From Yuukianura sp. NJ FZ-2021 (lineage: Eukaryota): a stretch of 64,000 bases of DNA. Position 1 is the stretch's first letter. Each line of letters starts with the position of its first letter. A model generated the notes under the pieces. The model had not been told where the DNA came from. It saw nothing but the letters and a program-made list of their open reading frames with translations, and searched no databases. Where the stretch lies: NCBI GenBank assembly GCA_046563655.1, contig CM102286.1, positions 3,038,001-3,102,000 of the forward strand, written 5' to 3'. Position numbers and translations under genes: made by a program. Below are positions 13,201 through 24,832 of this stretch, piece by piece.

Positions 13201-14225
13201 AAAATTCTCAAGCACAACAGAATCAAGTGTACATGACGGTAAAGAAATCCACGCCGTCAAAAACTACTCCAAACAACTTCGATCTCGTACCGCGTAAACA
13301 GCCTAATTAAATTGAAATTATACTAACAAATCTATCAAATTTCCTCTAAAAACTGTTTTACTTTGTAGATTCTCCAGAGAATGTCCGTCCATACGCCACA
13401 TTTGAGTTAAAAAGCTCCGGTTCCGGTCGTAGACCACATCGACGCCGCGGTGGTGGCGGTCGACCTGTACCCCCAGAAGAGCCAAATCCGTTTTATATTT
13501 CGAAGGTGACCTAATAAAAGACAACGGTTAATACAGGTATGTATAAGAAAATATTTTGTGATACTTCATTACCTCCGTTTTCTAGGATGCCCACGTTTGC
13601 AATTCCAAACCAGCGCCTCCACGGTTATTTGATAACGATGAAGATGCAAGTGAAGGAGATGCCGAAGAAGAAGACTACGAGAGCATTCCCTCAGAATCTG
13701 ACTCATTCAGAGGACCAAGTATGTTATCATATCATCATTACCGTAAATTTTCGCATATTACGTAACGTATTTTAGCGCTAAAGGTATTCTTTGTGCAGAA
13801 AGAAGCTTGGCATTTGAGCAGCTCCATAATGGAGGCGGAAGATACGCTAACCGTTACGAACCTGCACTCAATCACAAAAGATGTAACAAAACATTAATAA
13901 AATTCAATGTTATACGTTAGGAGTAACTGTTAATTTAGTTTTCCCTGCATACATTTAATAGATGTCCAAGAGACAGAGATGTACCTAGACGATCCCAAAT
14001 GTCGCGCACCGAAAAACACAAGGTGAGTTCAACCGCCAATCAAAACTCTTGTCATTCTTGTGCAATCACCAAGCGCAAACTTTCTTACGTTTCAGAGCCG
14101 GTGACTCGTTCCATACGTCCGAAAGATGTAGAAAAGGCAGGTCAAGAAACTGTGGTGCTCTGATGCTTTGTGATGAACCTCCGCCCCCTTTCGGTGACGA
14201 AGAGTTGTGCCAAATTAAAGTTTGA
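1205..14225 (+). CDS. Dscam: Dscam-family Ig/FNIII receptor (Dscam2-like), multi-exon, 5' end outside the window
   Basis: Spliced exons follow the Dscam order: Ig5 (QPTLVYRFLEQT..KCIATGNPTP..RFMIGQYVTLNGDVISHFNV, 4233-4595), Ig6 (CPVGGYPIDHINW, 4724-5107), two Ig7-type units (5360-5775, 6102-6386), Ig8 (VPPKWTVEP, 7638-9183), Ig9 (9435-9839), four FNIII, Ig10 (~11626-11986), two FNIII, TM exon 12915-13058 (FGPILLFCIILIVFISAIFLVC), cytoplasmic PYATF motif (~13390), stop TGA 14223-14225. Assignment of exon 1205-1303 and the last cytoplasmic exons is less certain. Confidence 0.92.
3004..3165. mobile_element. ~160-bp element bounded by 35-bp inverted repeats that resemble Helitron 3' ends
   Basis: 3004-3038 (aactagacggaacccgtgatgtttacacatcacga) is the reverse complement of 3131-3165 with one mismatch. 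Each arm holds a ~20-nt palindrome (cgtgatgtttaaacatcacg) about 8 nt inside a terminal CTAG followed by T. Confidence 0.6.
3357..4144. mobile_element. Non-autonomous hAT-like DNA transposon (MITE) in a Dscam intron
   Basis: 19-bp TIRs: cagtcttgtactgtcttcc versus reverse complement cagtgatgtactgtcttcc (2 mismatches). Perfect 8-bp target-site duplication ATTGCCAT at 3349-3356 and 4145-4152. No transposase ORF. Confidence 0.88.
3369..4066. repeat. Minisatellite inside the hAT MITE: ~40-bp units built from TCTTCC(G/A) subrepeats
   Basis: Repeated unit of the form tcttccgatcttccgtcttccgtcttccagagaattttttg. It produces the overlapping repetitive ORFs at 3147-4005. Confidence 0.95.
5902..5992 (+). 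other. tRNA-derived SINE-like or pseudo-tRNA element with Pol III boxes
   Basis: A-box-like TAGCTCGGTGG at 5910-5920, B-box GGTTCGAATCA at 5960-5970, T8 run at 5985-5992. No convincing acceptor or anticodon stem. Confidence 0.45.
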
Positions 14226-14728
14226 CAAAAGGACAACATTGTTAACTAAAAGTAATTAATACTCAAATTAAATCCAGAATTGAACTTATCCAAGATATCC
14301 GAGCTGATTTAATTAACTCAATCCAGGTACTCATAAAAAGTAATCAACTTTAGTTTCCCACGATTGAAAAATATATATATCGAAGATGCTTAATTAATTG
14401 TTAACAGTTGAAGGCATTTTGACCCTGCATCGGTTACACAGAATGGCGAAGTTTAACGAAATAGAAGCTTTAAGCTGAATGATAACTACTAGCACTCCAT
14501 AGGCTTCAATATCCACCATATTGTCACTAACTAGACGTTTTTTTTAGACTTTTCGTTACCTAAAGCCCGCGTCAACCCTTCAGACAGAGGGTGAAGATCA
14601 ACTAATGAGAGATGGATAGTCATCCCCCTTACTGAATGACAACTTGACGCGGACTGTAACTAAAACTAAGGGAATACTCTAAGTTCCAGGGTCCCTTAGG
14701 CCTAATTACTGTTAGTTTTAAAGTCTTT

Positions 14729-17700
14729 TCATTTGCAAGCATCACAGAACGTCTTTCCGGAGATGTGACGAAGAGGAGACTGTTTTCCATAATACGGTTT
14801 GAGAACGGAACAGACACCGTTCACCATTTTACTGCATTTGGAACAAGCGACCTTAATCTTCTTTTCGCACTTGATCAGATTCTGACAAGGCAAGTAACAA
14901 TGGTGATTTCCAGGACACTGCAAAAAACAGGTGAAATCGTAACGACATTTTATGTAAAAATTGAATTTACAAGAATCAAAATTACCTTATGTCCTCCATT
15001 ACAAACTCGGATGCATGGTTCCAAGCATTTGTATCCTTTATGTGACGGCTTTTTGCACTTTTGATTGCAAAAATGTCCACATGTAAACTTCTTCCCGCAT
15101 CCAAGCTTCTCGTTTACACCGTTTGTCTGGTGACCTTCAGCACCCCTCGGACCAGTACTTTGGAAGCTGAGAAGAGAACTAAGGCTAGAAGCCGCGGACA
15201 GAGTACGGCTTTGTGGCAGTGATTCAGTGAAAGTAGAGTTTGTTGCAGTCAGTTGCGAGTTTTGTATAATAATACTATTTCGTAATGTAGGAGTGCTTCT
15301 TCCTTGCGCTTGCTTCAAATCACAAACGCATTTGTTCATGGTTCCATTTCGCATGAAATCTAACTGTTGGTGTGAACGACTCATTCCGACGGAAGTAATT
15401 CGACCTCCGTGAAAAACACATTTCAATCTCAATAGTGGTCCAATGTTGTTGCCTTGCATTAGGGTATTGTTAATTTCTCTCCAGGTGGGAGATCGCGTAG
15501 CAAGGCCATGCATGTTCCCCACGATGTACAATCCATGCCTATAAAAAAGAAATTGAACTTTATATGACCTAGGTCGACTAAAACAATGACAACTAAAAAT
15601 AATTCTGTACCTTGCACGTGAAAGAGCAACACAAACACGATTGTTCGTACGCAGAAAACCAATATTTCTTTCATCATTGCTTCGGACTAGTGACAGCAGG
15701 ATTATGTCATTCTCCTCACCTGTTAGTGTACAAAAAAAATCGTTTAAAATACTTCTTAGTACTGAGGTTTAAAACAACCAAGTTCTGAAAAAAAAAGTCG
15801 CCACTTGCCTTGAAAACCATCTACGCAACAGACGCGAACGTCTTTGGAATATTTGGTGCGCTTCATTCTCTGTTGTCAAAAAAAAGAGTTTCAAAATTTC
15901 GAGTTCTATCTCATCTTTGAAAAGAAACTTCTACGACACGTCACTTGGACTTACGTTTTCAATTTCAAACTTTTGTCCCAAGTAAGTAGTAATAATCGTG
16001 ATCTTTTTCGGCTCGTTTCCTTGCTCAATCAAATACAAGCACAAATTCGTCAAAAATTGTGCTTCCATAAGGTTAACGTAGCTCATCGAATCTTTCTCCT
16101 ACAAACAGAAAGAAAAAAAATTAAACCCATGAAAATTGATCTAGCTAAACAATAATGTAGTGCGTATTCGATTATGTAATAGGCTACTTGTTGGTCCCGT
16201 TCGTTGTGATACACAAAGAAAAGGTTCCTCTCCATGCCCTTCACGTCTGGAAAATGATTCACGCTTGGATCATTGTACAATTCCGTGTAAATCGTGGGAC
16301 AGATGAGTCTTGCAATTTCCGGACGCATGCGCCTTTGGACATCCAGTTGACTCCATGTTTTAAGTCCTTGTGCCTTAGCCGTTTGAACAAATCGTTCCAT
16401 AATGGACACATCCAAATGATTTGCAACGGTCAATGCATGGTCGGCAGTAGATGGACGTAGTTGCTTGTGGTCACCAATTAAAATCAAGCGTTTAGAGTAA
16501 TCCGTAAGTCCAGCGACAACTGTCGATTCTATAATATGAGCTGCTTCTTCAACAATGACCAATGCCGGTTTCACCTTGTCAAGTACTCTTGTCTTTTGCT
16601 TGGTAAATCCACAGACTGTCCCTCCAATCACTCGAGCGGCACGCATGGCTTGGACGATGTTTGTAACATCCTTCAGTTCTTCGACTTCTTTTTCCAAAAG
16701 CTTCACCTTGTCTTCGACAACTTTCATCAGCAACGGTAGTGCAGCGGTGCGTTGAAGTTTTGCACATCCCAATTGCGCTTGAACCAAATTGTTGGATCCA
16801 ATCGCACCATTAATGGACTCAGTTGCTTCAAAAAGACAAGCTCTGAGTCTGGCTTCTTTTGTCTCTGCAGAATCCGGTGCTGGCAGTACTTTTTGAACAT
16901 TTTTCACCTCAGGGTCTCTTAGGTAATCTTGCGCTCGTTTCAAGATCTTAGACGTCTCCAGAATATCCAGTTGAAGTTGAGTCTCAATGGAAATCAATTT
17001 TTGAAGCAAAATGTAATTCCGACGTGCTCGTGCTAGTGATGTCTGTAACACAAACAACATGTAATGAAAATGATAGACCTCATCTTCATCTTCAATCTGT
17101 GATTTCCGTTAATAACAATTTCCTTAAAGTACTTACTTTAGCTTCAGTTTTGCGGGTATATGCGTGTTCCTTTTCCCGCATGCTGACCCTGGTCACAATT
17201 TCGGATTTTGACCGACCCCCAATGCGGAGAACAAGGCTATCTCCTCGGCGTTGACAACCAGTCATAAGCGTAGCGTAGTTGACAACTATGGGAGGTGGAG
17301 TTCAAAGAAACTATTAGTGAATTCTCAAAGCTAACTGAAGTTTTACGTTCAATTCGTGGCAAAAGTAGTGTGTCTTGATTATTGACAAATTATTTACAAA
17401 GCTGTAAGCGAAGAAAATTGGTTTTACCTTTCTCCATGAGATGATCAAGCGAGTGATTCGTATTCGAAACGATCAAAATGGGCCTACCAGCTAGCAAGGC
17501 AGGATTATGAAGAAAAAATGTGATTATTTTCATCGCAATAAACGTTTTTCCAGTCCCTGGAGGACCTAAATAACGAAAAATATAAAAAATTTTGTTTCTT
17601 GCTCCAATGTAAAGTCAAAAGTTAAGTGTGAAGCGTAAATGAATTACCCTGAATTAATGCCAATTCTTTGGTAATCGCGGAATGGTAAGCCTCGTATTGC

Positions 17701-20009
17701 CCCTTGGAAAGGCCGAGCTGTACTGAGGAAGGAAACCCATCGTATTGATATTCCCCGTTCGAACGTGGCATCAATTGCACAATTTGCGACGAGAAATCAA
17801 CCGAACGAAACTAAAAGATGGAATGAAAAGTTAGCTATAGTCATTGTTAAAACAAAATGACATGCAAGTTTTTACATCGGATTGAACTGATCCGAAAGGA
17901 ATAGTCGGATTCAAAATGTATTTTCCTAGAGGCAGTTTAGACAAATTCAGTGTTTGTAAACTGTCCAGTGCATATCGATAGGCTTCAAAGAAAGCGACGG
18001 ACTCCAAAACTGTGAATGTTGTGCTCTCTTGTACAGTCCAACTGGGACCATCCGGAAAGAACAATACTTTCAAAATTCCTTGTTTAGCGAATCGCTTATC
18101 GTCGTCTTCATTTGCCCGCATGACAGTAGCAACCTTCGCTCCACCGCTATGATACATCGTATTTGGAATGAATAGCAGCATGGAACCGTTGACCAGAAAT
18201 CTTGATTCTTCGCTTGTGCTACTCAAATCCCAGTTCCCTTGCCTCATTGGAATAGTAATCTGTTGAACATTTTTCAACTCCAGGCTTCCTCGACCAAGAT
18301 TCACCTTCACCCCTTCGAATATTCGGACAGTTGTTGGTTTATCCTTGCTCTGTCTGGTTTGAATCCACCGCAAATACTGTTTATATCCTTCCCTCAGCGG
18401 CTTCATAAAGTCTTCTCTCAAAAGACGGAACATCGTATCTATGTAGTGTTGCTGGCAGTTATAGGGTGTGTCGACTTGAATGGGACGAACGTATTGGGCG
18501 CCGCCTTCCAAATCGTCCCGTCGTGGATAAATCGTCATGACACCAATTTTCGGTATTTTTGTTGGCATCGGATTCTCCATGTGGGTTTCGTTTTGCTTGT
18601 TCAAAGACGATTCCCAGTTCAATTCCTCTCGACTGTAGAGGAGCATTGTAACTTGAGCATCAACGATCTAGGATCCAAATCAATAGATAAACAAATATTT
18701 TTTAAACATGAGTAAGTACTTCATAACTTCATTAATAAAAATTGTTTGAAATATTATCTTACGGAACTGTGTTCTCCGCCTTGGATTTTTGTGTTGAAAT
18801 ATTTGTTGGAAAGCTGTTTCAAACTTGGGGAGGTTTTTTTGTGAAGCAGCTCTTTGTAATATCTACAATAATTGAAAGAAAATTAACGCTGAATCATATT
18901 GACGCAAAAGCAGGAACAAACGTCATGCGACAAGCATTGCAACTTCTGAAGGTTGAGCATAATGCAGCATCAGATCTTTCACATGCAAACTATCACAAAT
19001 TGGTTCGCGTGCAAGTAAGCAATTGGAACTAATCAAAATATTGTCAAATAAATCGAATCGTTAGCTCACATTGCTGTATCACGAGTCATTGCTTCTGGAT
19101 GCACAAATTCAAGGACTTCAAAGTCATTGTGAACTGAATGTCCCACAACAATCTTCTCATGAAGAATAGATCTAACTTCCTCGATTACAACGTAATGGTC
19201 AGGAGCTGGAAATCAAAATCGCAAATCACGTGATTAACATTGATTGCTTTCCTTTTAGCATCCTCACTTATTTTGCTATTCTTACCGTTGACAAGATCCT
19301 CTTCCCGGACACCGCTTTTGTTTGTGCGATAATCAGTAACAGGAAGCCTCGGTTTCACAAATCGATCGTAGATACAAAAGCCATACCGATTGACAATAGA
19401 TACTCGGGCAAGAGCACTATCACATAATTCTCCGACTCCGACCATCTCACAATCGATGGCCACCACGTTTGTTTCTTGTTTTAGATCTTCTCCCAATTCA
19501 TGCCCATCGATTAATTTTCCATAATGGTCATATTTAAACGATTTGCTCTTGTCTTTTGGAACGGATCCATTTACCCTTGCCTGCTGTTGAATCTGCTTAG
19601 TAGTTCCCTGCGTAGTAAGGATGGCCATAGCGTCCATTCTATCTGCCAAACTAATCAAATCCAGCCCTTCTGCTTTAATTTCTGCGAAACGAGACCCCTC
19701 GATAATGATAGGCTTCAGTGGAATTAATGGAGCAGGTTTTTTTTCCGGCTTGACAATTGCAATTGGCCCATTCAGGTTTGCCTCCGGTGGCAATGCTGGC
19801 AGTTTTTTATTGAAAGACTCGACGCTGCTTTCAGTCTTCGGAATTTCTTTTCGAGCGTGTGGTACTGTGGTAGTCGTGTAGTGCCCTGATATATTGGTAG
19901 TCGCTTGTGCCAGCCAGGAGTTGACTGCTTCCGTTCGCTGGTGGGTAGTCGTTTGTGCCACCCAGGAGCTGACTGCTTCGGCTCGCTGCTTGGTACTCAT
20001 TTCACTCAT
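14729..20009 (-). CDS. Fusion protein: REX4/ISG20-family DEDDh exonuclease + ZNFX1-like UPF1-family SF1 helicase + short Cys/His (NF-X1-like) tail
   Basis: Exonuclease motifs VAIDCEMVGVG, IVVGHSVHNDF, TRDTA, PSLKQLS and HSSIVDAQVTMLLY lie in exons ..19286, 19206-19070, 18862-18763 and 18667-. The 18667 exon continues without a stop into ZNFX1-like HYIDTMFRLLREDFMKPLREG. Downstream motifs: IQGPPGTGKT, SNTNHSLD, IVEEAAH, LIGDHKQLRPS, QRRMRPEI, VDGFQGEENDIILLSLVRSN, NRVCVALSRAR, then CGHFC..C..H..C repeats; stop at 14729. Start codon uncertain (20009 or 20152). Confidence 0.88.
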
Positions 20010-22387
20010 TTTTGCCACCCGGGAACTGACTTGGTAGGCGTTGTATTGGTCGTCAAAGATTTTGGAAATGGAAGTACACAAATGCCGTTGTTCGTGGGAA
20101 TCTCGGAGGGAGTGGGGACGATAGGGGTCTTCTTTGAGGAGTTTTGACCCATGATCTGAAATTAATAACATCAAAGACAACGTCGAAAATGTCGAAGTCG
20201 AAATCAAAAGCACCGCGCAGATTTAAAACCCAATGCTTTTAATCGATAGTTTCGAATAAGCCAGTCCAGTAATCTAAGTATTTCTTACGGCAATTTATTT
20301 TTTATTTATAGGTATCGGTATCACGTTCTTTCCACTCCACCTCTCGATCCATGAGCGATGGACGATGACCCAACCAGAACTATCGTTTGCTAGCACAACT
20401 CACGCAAAATGACGTCGATCAACATCGATACTGTAACGACTGAAACTGATGTTGACCGATGGAAATTAATTCTGGAATCCGGAAGTGGCAGACGACGACC
20501 ACAATCACAATACCCAAACAAAACACATCAAAATTTAGAAATCACAACATTTGGTTGGAGTAAGGTTTAACGACAATTGTTGTAGCTGCATAAAGTAACT
20601 ACTCTGACGCTGCAAATTACAGCCTGCAATGGGTGGGTGGCTACACTAATGCTGCTGCGTATTTTACCGCTTTAGATTAACTTTTCTTTAAGTACGAGCA
20701 ACTACAAATGTTGTCAGTAATTGGAGTCGCCTACCCATTATTGCTGGATATTCACTTTTTCGACATTCCATTTACGGTTGGATATCCAGCGGAAGAAATG
20801 GACGAAATGGATGAATCCAAAGTGGCGGAGCTGTGCCCGAATGGTGTGAATAATTTGAAAACAAAAAGCGCAAAGAAATCAAAAACAAAATAAAAACAAC
20901 TGCAAATCGTGCTAAAGTACTTTCTAATAAACGTAACCAATCAAGCAAAAGCAGTGTAAATAGTAAATAGTTAAAGTAGTTCATAATATTTAATTTAAAT
21001 TTATGTTAAGTTCGCATTGAATTTGTAAACTCAGCAGACTTCAATCCATTGTCCAGTAAGACCCCATTTTTTCCACTGGATATCCTATCCAGTGGAAATG
21101 GCAATTATGTCACTGGGCGTTTATGCATCCAGCAACGCTGCGCCTATCCTAGCCACAAAAATGCCCGGAGTTGCACTGGCACTGTTACATTGTTACAATG
21201 GTTGTGGTTAATCCTTAAGTTCGTCCAAAATTCCTTGTTGCGCCCGCTCTTGGCATTTAAATTTCACTGCTATCTTGCGACCAGCATTAAAATTTCGAAA
21301 CGTCGTTTCGAAAGTTAAAAAGCAACAACTTTCGCAACTTCTAAATTTTTAATTAACTAAACAATTTAACTAATAAAAAATCTTTCGCATTTACCTTACC
21401 TTCTTTAGTGCTTAATTTAAAACCAAAATACGTCAACCTGAAGTTGAATCTGATGATCAAGAGTGGACTAGAAATCACTGACTGATTAATCGTAAGGATG
21501 AAAAAATGATTATCTAGCCGCAATTCACCTGAATTGCTGTATAAAAAAAAATGTACAATTGAATATTACAAAAGCACAATATCCTGTGCACTATACAATA
21601 GTAAAACTGAAACTGATGAGTGTTTTTTCTCCGAATACAAAGTGATGTCACGCTGTGTGATGTGTAACTGGTGTATGGACATTAGACTTTCACTATGCAA
21701 CTTCGAGGTCGTCCATGTGATGACTCACTGTTGCGATCCCAGCTAAAAACCAGTTCTTGTGGTTTTTACCAACTGAAAACGTTTTACATTGGCAGCAAAA
21801 CGTTTGAGACGTTTTCTTAAACTTTCCTTAACATATTCTCTTCCAGGCAGAAATTTTTCGTATTTTTTCGTCAGTTTGAGCATAATACGAATTAAACGTA
21901 TACATCAAATCTGTATTAACGCCATTCCCCTACAAGAGCAAGCGTACTAACATACGTAATATGTATGTACTGTATTTCGAGTCAGGATTTAAATTGTCGT
22001 TATAGGTAATCCCATCCTGGTTAAAACGAATAGAGGACACTGCGGTTGAACTTCCTAAGCTACCTATTATACAACCTCGAAGTATAACTATAACGTTAAC
22101 GAAGTAAGTAGACAGGATAACTGCCGAATCCAAACTCAATTTAAGACAATTTTAGTTCCTTGTCGAATACTGAAGCCGTATAATCTTGAACAAACTTGCG
22201 TCACAAACGATAACAAATGACCTCTCAATAACCCCGAGATTATCTGTTAAAAGTCAGACTTTAGTTTTTGTATGATACAAATGATGCTACGTATTTCGTC
22301 TAGGGAAACCAATTCTTAAGTCATCAACTGAATTCCAAGGCGTTCAGTATTTTTTCATAATTTGTGCAACGTAGACAAACTTTAAAA

Positions 22388-23180
22388 ATGGCGGGAAGCA
22401 ATAGCGCAGCAGGTCAAAGGCCGTTGACAATCGGAGTACTTGGAGTACAGGGCGGATTTGCTGAACATATAAGCCACTTGGAAAAATTAAAACAAATAAT
22501 TTCCAAAAACAATAAAGTTGTTGATTCTGGAACTACAAATTTTAGTGTTGTTCAAATAAGAACTGCAGCCCAATTGGATGGAATCGATGCGCTTGTTATT
22601 CCCGGGGGAGAAACTACAACAATGAGCGTCTTTTTGAAGCAAAATAATTCGGAGTTACTTTTAGCTTTGCGGAGGTTTTGTACAGAAAAACCGGTTTTCG
22701 GAACATGCGCAGGATTGATCATGCTGGCAAATGAAGTCGAAGGTCAAATGAAAATGGGCCAAGAATTTGTAAGTTCGTAACTTTTCAATATAATAAAAAC
22801 TATGGCAAAAAGTTGCAAGCTTGTGTTTGTCTGGAAACTGCTATTTTTCAAATGTTTTTGAACAGATTGGCGGTCTGGACATCAAAGTGCGTAGAAATTA
22901 CTATGGAAGTCAGACGCAGAGTTTCCAAGGTCAATTGAGCCTTGAAGTGGACGATATTGCTGAAGATGGAAACAAAACCATATTTATCCGTGCTCCGGGC
23001 ATTCTGGATTTTGATTCTTCCCGGGTCAAAGTTTTGGCCAAATTCAACAACTTGCCTGTCGCCGTCCAGCAAAACAATTTACTTGCAACGTCTTTTCATC
23101 CCGAACTTACTGAAAGTTTAGCCTGGCATTTGTACTTTCTTAAAATGGTTTTCAATCATGCGCAGACAAAACAAAATTAG
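22388..23180 (+). CDS. PDX2: Pyridoxal 5'-phosphate synthase glutaminase subunit (PDX2/PdxT/SNO), two exons
   Basis: Exons 22388-22768 and 22866-23180 (GT-AG, phase 0). Motifs IGVLGVQGGFAEH, IPGGETTTM, FGTCAGLIMLA (catalytic Cys), VRRNYYGSQ, FIRAP, SFHPELT (His-x-Glu). Confidence 0.93.
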
Positions 23181-23455
23181 GCTAAAGTTATTTTATTATT
23201 AAATAAAAGACAATTAAAAAGTTACTCCAATTTACCTCCTCGTTTTTCACATGTCAGCTCCTGACCTGCAGGTCAATTCTTACATCACGCAACACTTTGA
23301 AAATGAATTGTTACAAACTTGCTTGATTTTTAGCTTACGCTAAGGAAATACAAAAATTTAAGAAAAAATTGCTCAAACTTTTCGGGAAAAAAATTTCTTC
23401 TTTAAACATGAAAGTTGATTAGACTCAAATTGCATCGGCATGTACTGCTCGAAAG

Positions 23456-23791
23456 TCATATTGTGATTATGTGAACTGATTCGTCAGTCCCAAACTGATT
23501 CATGCTGACGAATCTGTCTAAAAAGTGACCGGAGTCAATCCCGAACAGAAAGGCTATGCATATTCCTGCATCACAGAAGTCTTTTTCGACAAAAACGGCG
23601 GCAATGCAATACCAAGCGATTTCCTTTTCGTGAGTGGCATTTTGAAGATTCACAGAAAACGGCACTACCACTTGTAATTTTGTGGTTCTGTTTTCAGTTT
23701 GAAGTGGATTCCCTTTGTATAGTACAATTCCCGCATATAGGGAATGGCAATGGGGAACAAAAATTCGCTCAATACTGCATGGTCTATTGAT
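23456..23791 (-). other. Possible orphan terminal coding exon (111 codons), unassigned
   Basis: Open frame from a cag acceptor at 23794-23792 (INRPCSIERIFVPH...) to a stop at 23456. No recognisable domain and no upstream exon identified. Confidence 0.2.
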
Positions 23792-24832
23792 CTGTGTTAC
23801 AAATGAAGAGAAAAAATCACAAAAATCTTCATTAGTTCATCTAAAAGTTGGTGAACATTTAGTATTTACCGACAGATTTTAATTGCCGAAAAAAATTAAA
23901 CAGGACGTTTTCCAATTTTGCAAAAAGCCTGCACAAAAAAACGTCATAACAAGATTGTTACAAATTCGCAGTCACAGACAGGAAATACTACCTATTGAAT
24001 TAAGTATTTCAATGTGTTATGCATACTTTAATATATAAAGATGATGTATATAATGTATTTAAAACTAAATTACTTCTTCTGGTTTCTATCGGCTTATGGA
24101 ACTTTACAAATATTGTTTTAGTTATATTTGGATTAGCCCTCAATTAAAATAGAGATAACTAGGAAGCGGAACCGAATGTACAGCAGCGCAAGATTTATTA
24201 AGTTAAGGTGTTAACGTTTTGCTTATGTAAATGAGAAAATTGCATTTTGCATAAGCTTTTCTGCATTTTGAAAACTATGAAAACCGCCTATTCCATGTCA
24301 GAAATTATTTTGAAATTTTAATTACAATTGACTGACACTTTTAATTGCTGGGCATCGCCAAGGAAGGTGTTAGTGTTTTACTGTCGCGTGAAATCGATTT
24401 CGTATGTGTTGAAAACTCCTTGACCTTAACACGCGACTTGTGACTACTCACTTACATCTAGTCACGGAGCTCATTGACCTTGAGAAGTCAATCATTCCAT
24501 TGATACTCGGAAGATCAAGGTTATCGACAAGGCGAGAAGTTAAATGTGTTAATTACGTTTGGTAATAAAATAATTGTTTCCACGCTTCATTAAGACATAC
24601 GCTGTCCAATTCTTAAACCATTAAAAAGCAGAAAAACTGGAAATGACACAAAAGTAGAACAAGTAACAACTATTTACTGTAACATGTTAATAGATGTACA
24701 AAAATCCAGCACCACTTAATAAAATCCAGTGTCAAATTTTGTACAAATGTCAGTAGGCGTTTCGTTAATAGGCGAGTATAGATTTAAAAAAATCGTCTTT
24801 ACTTAACAATTTTAACTAAAAAGGTTTTCCAA

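Noticed and set aside
17831..20213. Treating REXO4-like and ZNFX1-like as two separate neighbouring genes
   Set aside because: The final exonuclease motif (IVDAQVTMLLY) is in the same stop-free exon as the ZNFX1-like region.
20700..21150. Recurrent tggatat/atcca motifs and a short hairpin ccactggatatcctatccagtgg
   Set aside because: No definable termini, TSD or coding signal; probably a decayed repeat.
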